Assembly: GCA_031414595.1 (NCBI GenBank)
Contig: JANNVX010000090.1
Coordinates: 1-44,341 of the forward strand
From: Deinococcales bacterium
Lineage (GTDB): Bacteria; Deinococcota; Deinococci; Deinococcales; JAAFIG01
Reading direction: 5' to 3'
Length of the DNA: 44,341 nucleotides
In this document: one piece after another, positions 19,028 through 27,169 of the stretch
Position numbering within the stretch: the stretch's first letter is position 1
How the letters are laid out: each line of letters opens with the position of its first letter
The notes under the pieces: model-generated
Database searches by the model: none
What the model saw: only the letters and a program-made list of their open reading frames with translations
What the model was told of the DNA's origin: nothing
Position numbers and translations under genes: made by a program

Positions 19028-19204
19028 GAATAGTCTCCAAGTGCTTTTTACGGCAAGCCGAACAAGTATACCACCCCAAGATGAACAAAAAACAATTTAT
19101 TGCACAGCCGTCAGAAATTTAATTTAGAAAATAAAACTATACAGATATAAAGCCAGTAATAAAGAAACAAGTAAAACTCTCAAAACTCGAGAATTGAGAA
19201 GCCC

Positions 19205-19233
19205 TTGACAGTTTGCGACCTCACGCGTATACT
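19205..19233 (+). promoter_or_regulatory. Consensus sigma70 promoter of tRNA-Lys
   Basis: TTGACA (19205-19210)-17 nt-TATACT (19228-19233). Confidence 0.9.
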
Positions 19234-19254
19234 CTGTCGGCTGTAGAGAAGTAG

Positions 19255-19330
19255 GGCCTGTTAGCTCAGTCGGTAGAGCAACTGACTTTTAATCAGTGGG
19301 TCGGGGGATCGTGCCCCTCACGGGCCACCA
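19255..19330 (+). tRNA. tRNA-Lys (anticodon TTT)
   Basis: 76-nt cloverleaf: acceptor GGCCTGT/ACGGGCC, D arm GCTC/GAGC, anticodon arm ACTGA-CTTTTAA-TCAGT, encoded CCA. Confidence 0.95.
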
Positions 19331-19335
19331 CAAGA

Positions 19336-19375
19336 AATCCCTTTAGTCAAAAGCTAAAGGGATTAAGTTTTTTTT
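19336..19375 (+). terminator. Intrinsic terminator after the tRNA
   Basis: aatccctttag-tcaaaag-ctaaagggatt followed by a T run. Confidence 0.85.
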
Positions 19376-19376
19376 A

Positions 19377-19421
19377 GAGTCACATTGCTGTCACGCTGCT
19401 GTCACGCTGACTTCTTAAGGT
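19377..19421 (+). promoter_or_regulatory. Pho-box/OmpR-type direct-repeat array with a -10 element
   Basis: GAGTCAC (19377), CTGTCAC (19388), CTGTCAC (19399) at 11-bp period; TAAGGT 10 nt downstream. Confidence 0.6.
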
Positions 19422-19439
19422 ATAGCTCGAGGTGAATGT

Positions 19440-20300
19440 ATGAAAAAAAGTCTTTCAATTGGAATTCTTGGCATGTCCATGCTGACCGTACTGGCAATGG
19501 CTCAAAATGCAATCAGTCCCAATCCGCAATTTGCAACCTTTAAGGCTGGGCAAACTTGGAGTTTAAGCCTTGGTGATAAGCCCAATGTTGGTAAAATTAT
19601 TTTAAGTAAAGCTGTTGCCGATGCACCTTGGCTGCATCCATCGCCGATTTTCTCAAATATTAAAAAATGGGCTGCCACTGAAGGCGAGATGCAGGTTGGT
19701 ACAGACAAAGGTCTGGCTCGAGTTGGCAATCCCGATAAAAGCGTAACCGCTTTGTACGCCAGTGTAGCTGGACGGCAATACCATTGTGTCTTCTTGATGC
19801 CGTCTCGAGGGGCTAGTGTGCGCGGTGGTGGTTTTGTTTTCCAAGACGGTACAAATCAACCCAGTGCCAGCAAAGACCAATGCACCTTAAGTCTTGTGAC
19901 TGACCCAATGCAACTTTCTCGAGCCACCGATAAACCCAATTTTAGTGGTGTGGACTGGTTTTCTAAGATTCTACCCGATGCCAACACCGTCTGGCGACTC
20001 GAGTCGTTCAATTACCGTTTTGAATTGTGGTTTGATAAACTCCAACCCAATGGTTTTACTGGCGATGCCGACCTGATTCGTGGTCCTGACGGCAGTTTTT
20101 TTAACGATTGGACGTTTAGGCTGTTCACCATTGGACCAGTGGCAACCCTTGAAATGAGCAGCGCCATTTACCAAATGCAGTGCTATTTAAGCCTTGGTGA
20201 ATTTCGCAACAACACGATTTTTACGGATGGTTCGTTTGGGGTTAAGAACAGTGACCAAAGTAAAGACGGACCTTGCCGCATCTTGGTTACGCGCCAATAA
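19440..20300 (+). CDS. Secreted hypothetical protein
   Basis: Signal peptide (MKK...AMA); SD GAGGTG; two halves, each with a Cys pair. Confidence 0.7.
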   Translation: MKKSLSIGILGMSMLTVLAMAQNAISPNPQFATFKAGQTWSLSLGDKPNVGKIILSKAVADAPWLHPSPIFSNIKKWAATEGEMQVGTDKGLARVGNPDKSVTALYASVAGRQYHCVFLMPSRGASVRGGGFVFQDGTNQPSASKDQCTLSLVTDPMQLSRATDKPNFSGVDWFSKILPDANTVWRLESFNYRFELWFDKLQPNGFTGDADLIRGPDGSFFNDWTFRLFTIGPVATLEMSSAIYQMQCYLSLGEFRNNTIFTDGSFGVKNSDQSKDGPCRILVTRQ

Positions 20301-20313
20301 AACTCGAGAATGT

Positions 20314-20348
20314 AAAAAAGAGGACACAACCTTGTGTCCTCTTTTTTT
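20314..20348. terminator. Bidirectional intrinsic terminator
   Basis: aaaaaagaggacacaa-cc-ttgtgtcctctttttt. Confidence 0.9.
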
Positions 20349-21372
20349 ATGCCGCTTTGTCTTCAGGGCGTTTTAATGCCAACTGTCCACAAGCTGCCCC
20401 AGCATCTCGCCCTCGAGAACGCCGCACCGAAACCGGAATTCCTAAACTTTCTAAAGTATTGTAAAACTCTTGGATACGGGTTTCGCTACTCGAGGCAAAT
20501 CCAGAGCCAGCCCACGCATTCATCGGGATTAAATTAACATGGGCGATTAAGCCGCGTAAAGACTCGGCAAGCAATTCGGCTTGCCAGAGGTGGTCGTTGA
20601 CTCCCGCGAGCATACTGTATTCAAAAGTCACACGGCGCTTACTGCGGCGCTGGTACTCACGGGCGCTCTCGAGAATGTCTTTAATCGTGTGGGCATGGGC
20701 AGTAGGAATAATTTTTTTACGGGTTTCTTCGTCTGGGGCATGAAGCGAAATCGCAAGTTTGACCACCACATCTTCTGATGCCAGTTTAATAATTTGCTTG
20801 GGTAAACCCACGGTAGAAAGGGTCACACGGCGTTGACTCATGCCCAGACCATTGGGGTGCAGCAGTATTCGCGCCGCGTTCAGGGTGTGGTCGTAGTTTA
20901 GTAATGGTTCGCCCATGCCCATAAAGACCAAATTACGAATGATGTTCGGTTGCCAGCCATTGTCTCGAGCCGCATACAAGACTTGTTCAATGATTTCGCC
21001 AGCCGTTAAATTGCGCCCAAAACCCATTCGTCCAGTGGCACAAAACGCACAACCAGCCGGACAACCAACCATCGTAGAGACACAAATCGTCACACGGTCT
21101 TGGTAGGGCATTAAGACGGCTTCCATTTGTTTGCCATCTTGCAAGGTGTACAAATACTTGGTGCTGCCATCGGTGGAAACAAATTTTTCGACTTTCAAGA
21201 ACGCCGAAAGTCTAAACTCAGTCTCGAGTTCTAAGCGCAAGGCTTGCGGGATGTTGCTCATTTCAGTAAAAGATGCCACGCCCTGCCCAAAAACCCACTC
21301 GAGCAACTGCTTTTGGCGGTAGCCAGCTAGCGGGTACTGGTCTGGGTGAAGGTCAAGTAAATGTGGTTTCAT
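20347..21372 (-). CDS. rlmN: 23S rRNA/tRNA m2A methyltransferase RlmN
   Basis: Radical SAM motif [28 protein letters not shown]. Confidence 0.95.
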   Translation of the reverse strand: MKPHLLDLHPDQYPLAGYRQKQLLEWVFGQGVASFTEMSNIPQALRLELETEFRLSAFLKVEKFVSTDGSTKYLYTLQDGKQMEAVLMPYQDRVTICVSTMVGCPAGCAFCATGRMGFGRNLTAGEIIEQVLYAARDNGWQPNIIRNLVFMGMGEPLLNYDHTLNAARILLHPNGLGMSQRRVTLSTVGLPKQIIKLASEDVVVKLAISLHAPDEETRKKIIPTAHAHTIKDILESAREYQRRSKRRVTFEYSMLAGVNDHLWQAELLAESLRGLIAHVNLIPMNAWAGSGFASSSETRIQEFYNTLESLGIPVSVRRSRGRDAGAACGQLALKRPEDKAA

Positions 21373-21863
21373 GATGAATACTGCTGTTGTAATTGTAATT
21401 CATCCGCGCCATCTGTAAAGACCAAAACGACCCGTGAATCATCTGGGTAGCGAACAAAACGCAGCACTCGAGCCGTCGGGAAATCGGTTTGCTGTTCGTT
21501 CAGCAGTGCCAAAGCGGTACTTTTTTCATTTGGGCTAAGGGCTTGGTTCTCGAGGTCAAGTTGTGGTGTGTACAAATCTGGTTTATGAATAGGCGCTCCA
21601 TGTCCAGCAGGGTCTGGCAGTGTACCGTCATAGTCCTCACCTTCGTTATTGGCAGAAGACAACCCACTTTTGAAAGACTCGAGACTACTGGCAAAATCTC
21701 CTGTTTCGATGACTTCACCCGCCAGAATTTGTCTGCCCAATGCCAGTTCTTCGGATAAACCCGGAAACTCACTCGAGCCAGCCGGCGTGTCTTGGGTCTC
21801 GAGTTGTACCGCTTGGCTGCTGCGGACTTCGCTTGGATAGGTCTGACCGTTTAATTCAATCAT
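21369..21863 (-). CDS. Acidic hypothetical protein, coupled to rlmN
   Basis: TAGGCT 6 nt before the ATG; ATGA overlap with rlmN. Confidence 0.65.
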   Translation of the reverse strand: MIELNGQTYPSEVRSSQAVQLETQDTPAGSSEFPGLSEELALGRQILAGEVIETGDFASSLESFKSGLSSANNEGEDYDGTLPDPAGHGAPIHKPDLYTPQLDLENQALSPNEKSTALALLNEQQTDFPTARVLRFVRYPDDSRVVLVFTDGADELQLQQQYSS

Positions 21864-21880
21864 CTAAACAGCCTAACATG

Positions 21881-22714
21881 TCAACCAAGACTGGCTAAAG
21901 CCGCACCACTTAAAACCAGAACCGCTCCAAAAAGCATTTCTAAACGCGGAGTTTCACCAATGAATGCCCATGCCAGTACAACTGCATAAACGGGTTCGAG
22001 GGTGCTGATTAGACTGGCTTTTGCTGCCCCAATCCGAGCGATTGAAGCATAAAGCATCGGCAAGGCTAACAGGGTAGAAATAATTGCCATAGCCGCCACC
22101 AAACCCCAAAGCGGCAAGGTATCAGGAATTCGAGTTGTCCCTGCCAGTAAATTAAGCACCGCAAATCCAATTGCGCTTCCCAAAGCACTGTGGGCAGTAA
22201 AAGCCAGTGGTGGAACTTGACGTTGGGTTTCGCTCATCACCAAGTACCAACCGTACCCAATACCCGCCAATGCCCCTAAAACCACGCCAAGCAAATTGGC
22301 ATCTCGAGAACTGGGCAATCCAACAATCACCAATAAGCCAGCCACAGCTAAGGCAGTCGCCATCAGTTGCTGCCTACTTGGGCGTTTACCCTGAACCGCA
22401 TGAATCAGCACCACCACCACGGGCGCAAGGTAAACCAACAGTGCGGCTGTGCCTGCCGAAATTCGCTCGAGCGAGGCAAAATACAGGGCAGTGAAGACAA
22501 AATACGCCATGCCAAACAAGACCATCCGCAGACGTTCACGCCAAGTGAAGCCTTTACCGTAGCCAACCGCAAATAAAACCAGTGCTACCAAGGCAAAACG
22601 CCAAACCAATAAACTGCTCGAGGCTACCCCCAGTTGTTGGGTTAATTTGCCCCAAATACCAAGCGTAGAAAAACAAAAAGCACTGGCGGCTGCCAGCAGA
22701 ACACCAATCCACAT
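21881..22714 (-). CDS. EamA/DMT family transporter
   Basis: About ten hydrophobic segments in two EamA repeats; LEPVYAVVLAW; start placed at ATG 22714. Confidence 0.85.
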   Translation of the reverse strand: MWIGVLLAAASAFCFSTLGIWGKLTQQLGVASSSLLVWRFALVALVLFAVGYGKGFTWRERLRMVLFGMAYFVFTALYFASLERISAGTAALLVYLAPVVVVLIHAVQGKRPSRQQLMATALAVAGLLVIVGLPSSRDANLLGVVLGALAGIGYGWYLVMSETQRQVPPLAFTAHSALGSAIGFAVLNLLAGTTRIPDTLPLWGLVAAMAIISTLLALPMLYASIARIGAAKASLISTLEPVYAVVLAWAFIGETPRLEMLFGAVLVLSGAALASLG

Positions 22715-22820
22715 CAGGCGGGATACTACCCTAATTCTGCGCGGCTCGAGATACCCCAATTTTGCGCGGCTTGTTCACCCTGATATTGAATGTCCCTGCC
22801 TTGCTGGTTATGCTGTTACC

Positions 22821-23051
22821 ATGCAGCCCTCAGACGCTAAAAAAATTGCTTTTTTGAACATCCCTTCTGACCCGAAGCGCTTGGCGGGTTGGTTAATCGG
22901 CAATGGCACATTTGCTTTTTTTGTCTACTGGACAGCCGATTCTTTTTTTCCCGGTAAAGAACTGACACTTGATGCCATGCTTTGGAAATTAGGCACAGCC
23001 GCCATTAGTTTTGCAATCGGTGTTTGGCTGATGCACATTAATCACGAATAA
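22821..23051 (+). CDS. Small 2-TM membrane protein
   Basis: TATGCT 6 nt upstream of ATG 22821 supports this shorter start. Confidence 0.65.
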   Translation: MQPSDAKKIAFLNIPSDPKRLAGWLIGNGTFAFFVYWTADSFFPGKELTLDAMLWKLGTAAISFAIGVWLMHINHE

Positions 23052-23084
23052 AGTCGGTGGTACACTAAAAGCGGGAGGTGCATC

Positions 23085-23378
23085 ATGGCAACCATTATTT
23101 TTTTACAGAACAATCAAGCCCTTAAACTCGAGAACATTGCTCTTGCACTCGAGACCATCGAAAACTGGGCAGAGAAAAATGGTTTTGAAAGCCTCACTTT
23201 GCATCTCGAGTCTGAGCATAAACTGATGATTCAAATTGGGTCAGAAGTACCGTTATCCAATTGGCTCGAGTTGTCGGCAGTCAAGAGTAACGACACCGAA
23301 GCCATCGAAGATTTACTCGATTTTGTGCGCGGCGAGTACCGTCGGCGAATGGCAGGTTATGGCAAATTTGACCGCTAA
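23085..23378 (+). CDS. Hypothetical protein coupled to tsaD
   Basis: SD GGAGGTG; TAATG overlap with tsaD. Confidence 0.7.
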   Translation: MATIIFLQNNQALKLENIALALETIENWAEKNGFESLTLHLESEHKLMIQIGSEVPLSNWLELSAVKSNDTEAIEDLLDFVRGEYRRRMAGYGKFDR

Positions 23379-24418
23379 TGATTGTTCTTGGCATTGATAC
23401 CAGTTGTGACGATACTGGCGTGGGGATTGTCAAAGACGGTCAAATCCTCGCTAATATTATTGCTTCGCAGAGTTTGCACCGGGCTTTTGGCGGAATCATG
23501 CCCGAACTGGCTTCTCGAGCGCATCTGGAAAGTATAGACGAAGTGCTGCAATTGGCGCTGTCAGATGCAAATTTGCAACTCGGGGATATAGATGTGATTG
23601 CCGCCACCCGAGGACCTGGATTAGCTGGTTCGCTGCTGATTGGTTTGATGTACGCCAAGGGCTTGGTGTTTGGTACAGGTAAAACTTTTTATGCGATGCA
23701 CCATCTCGAGGGGCATATTCAAAGCGCAATTGCCAGTTCGCCAGAACTCGAGCCACCGTTTTTGGCGTTAATCGCTTCGGGTGGGCATACCCATTTGTTT
23801 GATTGCGTACAAGCTGGGCAGTACAGTTTAATTGGGGCAACCCGTGATGATGCGGCGGGCGAGGCATTTGATAAGGTGGCACGGTTGCTCGAGCTTGGTT
23901 TCCCCGGGGGTCCTGCGATTTCTAAAGCCGCCCTAACGGGCAACGACCAAGCCTATCCATTTACTGTGCCGTTACTTGGGCAAACAGGTTTTGATTTTTC
24001 GTACAGTGGGATTAAAAACCAAGCCCGTTTAGCCGTTGAAGCCCGCAACACAGGCAAACTTGAGATTGGCACGGAGGACTTAGCCGCCAGTTTTGAACGG
24101 GTGATGGTCGAGAGTCTGGTACAAACCACCTTAAGGGCAGCCAAAGCGCACTCGAGGAACAAAATTGTGGTAGCGGGTGGCGTAGCAGCTAATCAGCGTT
24201 TACGCAAGGTTTTTACCGAGCGCAGCCCTAAAATAAAAGCTCAGGTGATTTTTCCACCAGCCCAATTAAACACCGATAACGGCGCGATGATTGCCTTGGC
24301 AGCCTGGCTTCGAGCATCTCGAGGTGAGCCAAGTGACAGTTTGGACTTGGGTGTGCGTCCGACTTGGGATTTGGCAAATTATAAACCCATCAGGTCATCA
24401 AAACTGAGCGCGGTTTGA
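23378..24418 (+). CDS. tsaD: tRNA N6-adenosine threonylcarbamoyltransferase TsaD
   Basis: LGIDTSCDDT, PELASRAH, HHLEGH, SGGHT, DDAAGEAFDKVAR, TDNGAMIA. Confidence 0.96.
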   Translation: MIVLGIDTSCDDTGVGIVKDGQILANIIASQSLHRAFGGIMPELASRAHLESIDEVLQLALSDANLQLGDIDVIAATRGPGLAGSLLIGLMYAKGLVFGTGKTFYAMHHLEGHIQSAIASSPELEPPFLALIASGGHTHLFDCVQAGQYSLIGATRDDAAGEAFDKVARLLELGFPGGPAISKAALTGNDQAYPFTVPLLGQTGFDFSYSGIKNQARLAVEARNTGKLEIGTEDLAASFERVMVESLVQTTLRAAKAHSRNKIVVAGGVAANQRLRKVFTERSPKIKAQVIFPPAQLNTDNGAMIALAAWLRASRGEPSDSLDLGVRPTWDLANYKPIRSSKLSAV

Positions 24419-25827
24419 ATTTTCTCGAGTCCTTCGCGGGGTTTTTTGGGTTCTATCGGTTCGAGTTTTTCATGGCGGCGTTTGGCTGTGCCTTCCTCGA
24501 GCGTGTCCTTAGAAACCATTTCGATCAGTTTAGCGCGTTTACCCGGTCTGGCACGCAGAATCCGTCCAAGGCGTTGCACATGTTCACGGTGACTGCCTGT
24601 ACCACTTAAGACCACCGCAAGGCTGGCTTCGGGGACATCCACCCCTTCGTTCAGCACCCGAGAAGCCACCAAAACGGGGTATGCACCACTGCGGAACATC
24701 TCGAGGAGGCTGTGCCGTTCTTTGACTGGGGTTTGATGGGTGATGGCTGGAATCAGCAGCTTTTTGGAAATATCGTAAACCGTTTCGTTGTCATCGGTAA
24801 AAATCAGGGTTCGTTCCTCGAGATGGGCTTGTAGCACTTCGTCCAGAACACGTAATTTGGCATCACTGGCTTTAGAAAGGCGTTTGAGTTCTCGGTGGGC
24901 AAGCATGGCACGGCGACCATCGGGGGTTTTGGCTGATTCTCTAATAAACCTCGACCAGCCATCCAAGCCCGATAAACGAATGTTGCGTTTTTTTAGGAAT
25001 GCAGTACGAGTCTCGAGGTGAATGTTGTACTCTTCGCGTTCAGCACTGGATAATTCTATGCTTAACCGCACCAAATCATACGGTGCAAGCGCTCCACCCG
25101 CTAAGTCCTCGGGACTCGCACGATACACAACTTGTCCAACAAGCTCTAAAATACTCGAGTGCCGCCCGTCTGGTCGCTCCAAGGTTGCGGTTAAACCCAA
25201 CCGATACGGCGCGAGGCTGTACTCGGCAATGGTTTTGTACAAATCGCCTGCCAGATGATGCACTTCGTCAAAAATTAAAAAGCCCCAACGGTTGCCGTTG
25301 TGTTCAATTAACCGGTGAGCGCTGTCGTAAGTGCTGATTAAAATATTCGATAGGTCTTTCGAGCCGCCGCCATGCAGACCGATTTCGGTGTCTGGAAAGG
25401 CTTCTTGCAGATTAGCGTACCACTGGTGCATTAAATCTAGTGTCGGAACACAAATTAAAGTGCTGCGCTGGGTGCGCTGCATCGCCAGCATTGCCAAAAA
25501 ACTCTTACCGCTTCCGGTTGGCAAAATCACCACGCCTTGTCGCCCGGCTGCTATCCATGCCTCGAGCGCGGCGCTTTGGTGAGCGAACGGTTCTCGAGTC
25601 AATGCCAGTTTTAAGTCTAGATTCTCAAATGCCTTGGCTTTATCTTCCAGCAGCACATTGTCGCGCCGTAAACCCTCGAGCAAACGTCGGTACTGCCACG
25701 CAGGGGCGCGTAAACGCTCGATGCGGTCATCCCACTCGGCAATTCCAGCCCATGCCCCACTCGACGGCGGCGGATGCAGCAGCAGCGTTCCACGGTCAAA
25801 AGTTAAACGCGGCGTGACTCGAGCCAT
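24379..25827 (-). CDS. XPB/Rad25-like superfamily II helicase
   Basis: LPTGSGKS, DEVHH, LGLTAT, EGVDVP, QRLGRILR. Confidence 0.88.
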   Translation of the reverse strand: MARVTPRLTFDRGTLLLHPPPSSGAWAGIAEWDDRIERLRAPAWQYRRLLEGLRRDNVLLEDKAKAFENLDLKLALTREPFAHQSAALEAWIAAGRQGVVILPTGSGKSFLAMLAMQRTQRSTLICVPTLDLMHQWYANLQEAFPDTEIGLHGGGSKDLSNILISTYDSAHRLIEHNGNRWGFLIFDEVHHLAGDLYKTIAEYSLAPYRLGLTATLERPDGRHSSILELVGQVVYRASPEDLAGGALAPYDLVRLSIELSSAEREEYNIHLETRTAFLKKRNIRLSGLDGWSRFIRESAKTPDGRRAMLAHRELKRLSKASDAKLRVLDEVLQAHLEERTLIFTDDNETVYDISKKLLIPAITHQTPVKERHSLLEMFRSGAYPVLVASRVLNEGVDVPEASLAVVLSGTGSHREHVQRLGRILRARPGKRAKLIEMVSKDTLEEGTAKRRHEKLEPIEPKKPREGLEKIQTALSFDDLMGL

Positions 25828-25829
25828 GA

Positions 25830-26300
25830 TTACTTTGCGTTTTTATCGTATGGAATAATTTTATCCCACTCATCGGCAGCACTTCTCGAGACGACAGCCA
25901 CAACTTCTTCGGTATCTGATAAATTATAAACCTCGTGAGGCACACCAGCTTCGATATAAATAAAATCCCCAGCTTCGTGGTCAACAGTTTTGGTTAGCCC
26001 TTCGCCGTAATGATGCCGCAAATGACCTTGCAGGATATATAAAATCACTTCAAAACCATCGTGAATATGGGCGTAAGCAATACCGCTTGGGGCAATCGTT
26101 GCTACATTCATGGACAAGGCTTTTGTTCCAGCGTTTTTGCCGCTCATGCCTTGTTTGTAGCGAATGCCGTTCCAACCACGGGCTTTGCCGCCGCCACGCA
26201 CAGTTTTAATCCCGCCGCCGTCCTCGACAAAACTCGGGTCTACTTCTGAACCAATTAAATTGCCACTATCGCCAACCCGACCTTTATAATTCTCGCTCAT
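25830..26300 (-). CDS. Cupin domain protein
   Basis: AHIHDGFE...AGDFIYIEAGVPH cupin motifs; leaderless TAGACT. Confidence 0.85.
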   Translation of the reverse strand: MSENYKGRVGDSGNLIGSEVDPSFVEDGGGIKTVRGGGKARGWNGIRYKQGMSGKNAGTKALSMNVATIAPSGIAYAHIHDGFEVILYILQGHLRHHYGEGLTKTVDHEAGDFIYIEAGVPHEVYNLSDTEEVVAVVSRSAADEWDKIIPYDKNAK

Positions 26301-26341
26301 GGGGATAGTCTACCGCACTACTCGAGAGGCAACGTATTGTG

Positions 26342-26749
26342 TTACTCGAGAGGCGCACTCACAAAATTAACACTAAAAGTCGTACACCAAATCACTACGC
26401 TCTTAAATTGGGTGATGTCCGTACCGGCTGGCACAGCATAATTCTGCGAACCGTTGACACTTTTTAAGTCTCCCAAATTGATAAAACTAGCACTCGAGAC
26501 GGCAGCGCTTGAATTGGGTTTAACTGCCTTGGAGAGATAGACCTCGAGCTTAGGTCCGTTTTCGGTTTGGAAATTTTCCAAACGCACGATATAACTACCA
26601 TCAGTTTGTTTACGCAACTGGACTGTGCCGCTGCCCGTATGCACCACATGGTAAAAAACACCACTTCGTTCAAGTGCGCCAATACTCGGGTCAGTAATAA
26701 GCTGGGTGTTGGTACAAGCCACAAACAACAATAAAAATAAGAATCTCAT
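26342..26749 (-). CDS. DM13 domain lipoprotein
   Basis: NGPKLEVYLS, LGDLKS, GSQNY, SVVIWC; lipobox FVAC from ATG 26749. Confidence 0.85.
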   Translation of the reverse strand: MRFLFLLLFVACTNTQLITDPSIGALERSGVFYHVVHTGSGTVQLRKQTDGSYIVRLENFQTENGPKLEVYLSKAVKPNSSAAVSSASFINLGDLKSVNGSQNYAVPAGTDITQFKSVVIWCTTFSVNFVSAPLE

Positions 26750-26809
26750 GTTCCAAATACGTTGTTTGGCTTGATTAGGTTCAATCAAGCCAAACTGACC
26801 AATACATGC

Positions 26810-27169
26810 TTATGGGGCTTTTTTGAACGTTACTCCATAGGCTGAAAACAATTTAGGTTTAAGAATCGTTAAAGTTGCAGGAGTTTGACAACAAGCTGGC
26901 GTACCAACATTACCAGTCGTAAATTCAATGGGTAAATTCATGCCAACAGCGACCAGACTTGGCAGTGTAGCCTTGAACGTAGGGTTGCCTGCCGGAACGC
27001 AATTATCGCTCGTGATTTTTGTGGCAGTAAGCAAATTATTAACAATGGATTGTGTTGGATTTTCAAGCCCCTTATAAACGTGGCTTGCACGGCTTTGGCA
27101 CAGGCGACGAGCATAAGATTTTGACTCGAAAATGATTGAAGCAGAAAAAATTACTGTTTGATACTTCAA
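26810..27169 (-). pseudogene. Probable 3' gene remnant (DUF4331-like C-terminus, tentative)
   Basis: No convincing start; LLTATKITSDNCVPAGNPTFKATLP resembles remembered DUF4331 C-termini; abuts the end of the AT-rich gene. Confidence 0.3.

Noticed and set aside
19255-19330. tRNA as the attachment site of an integrated island
   Set aside because: I saw no duplicated tRNA 3' end and no integrase in the window.
26319-26354. 12-bp direct repeat tactcgagaggc at the DM13 gene end
   Set aside because: Half of it is the ubiquitous CTCGAG, so a chance match is plausible.
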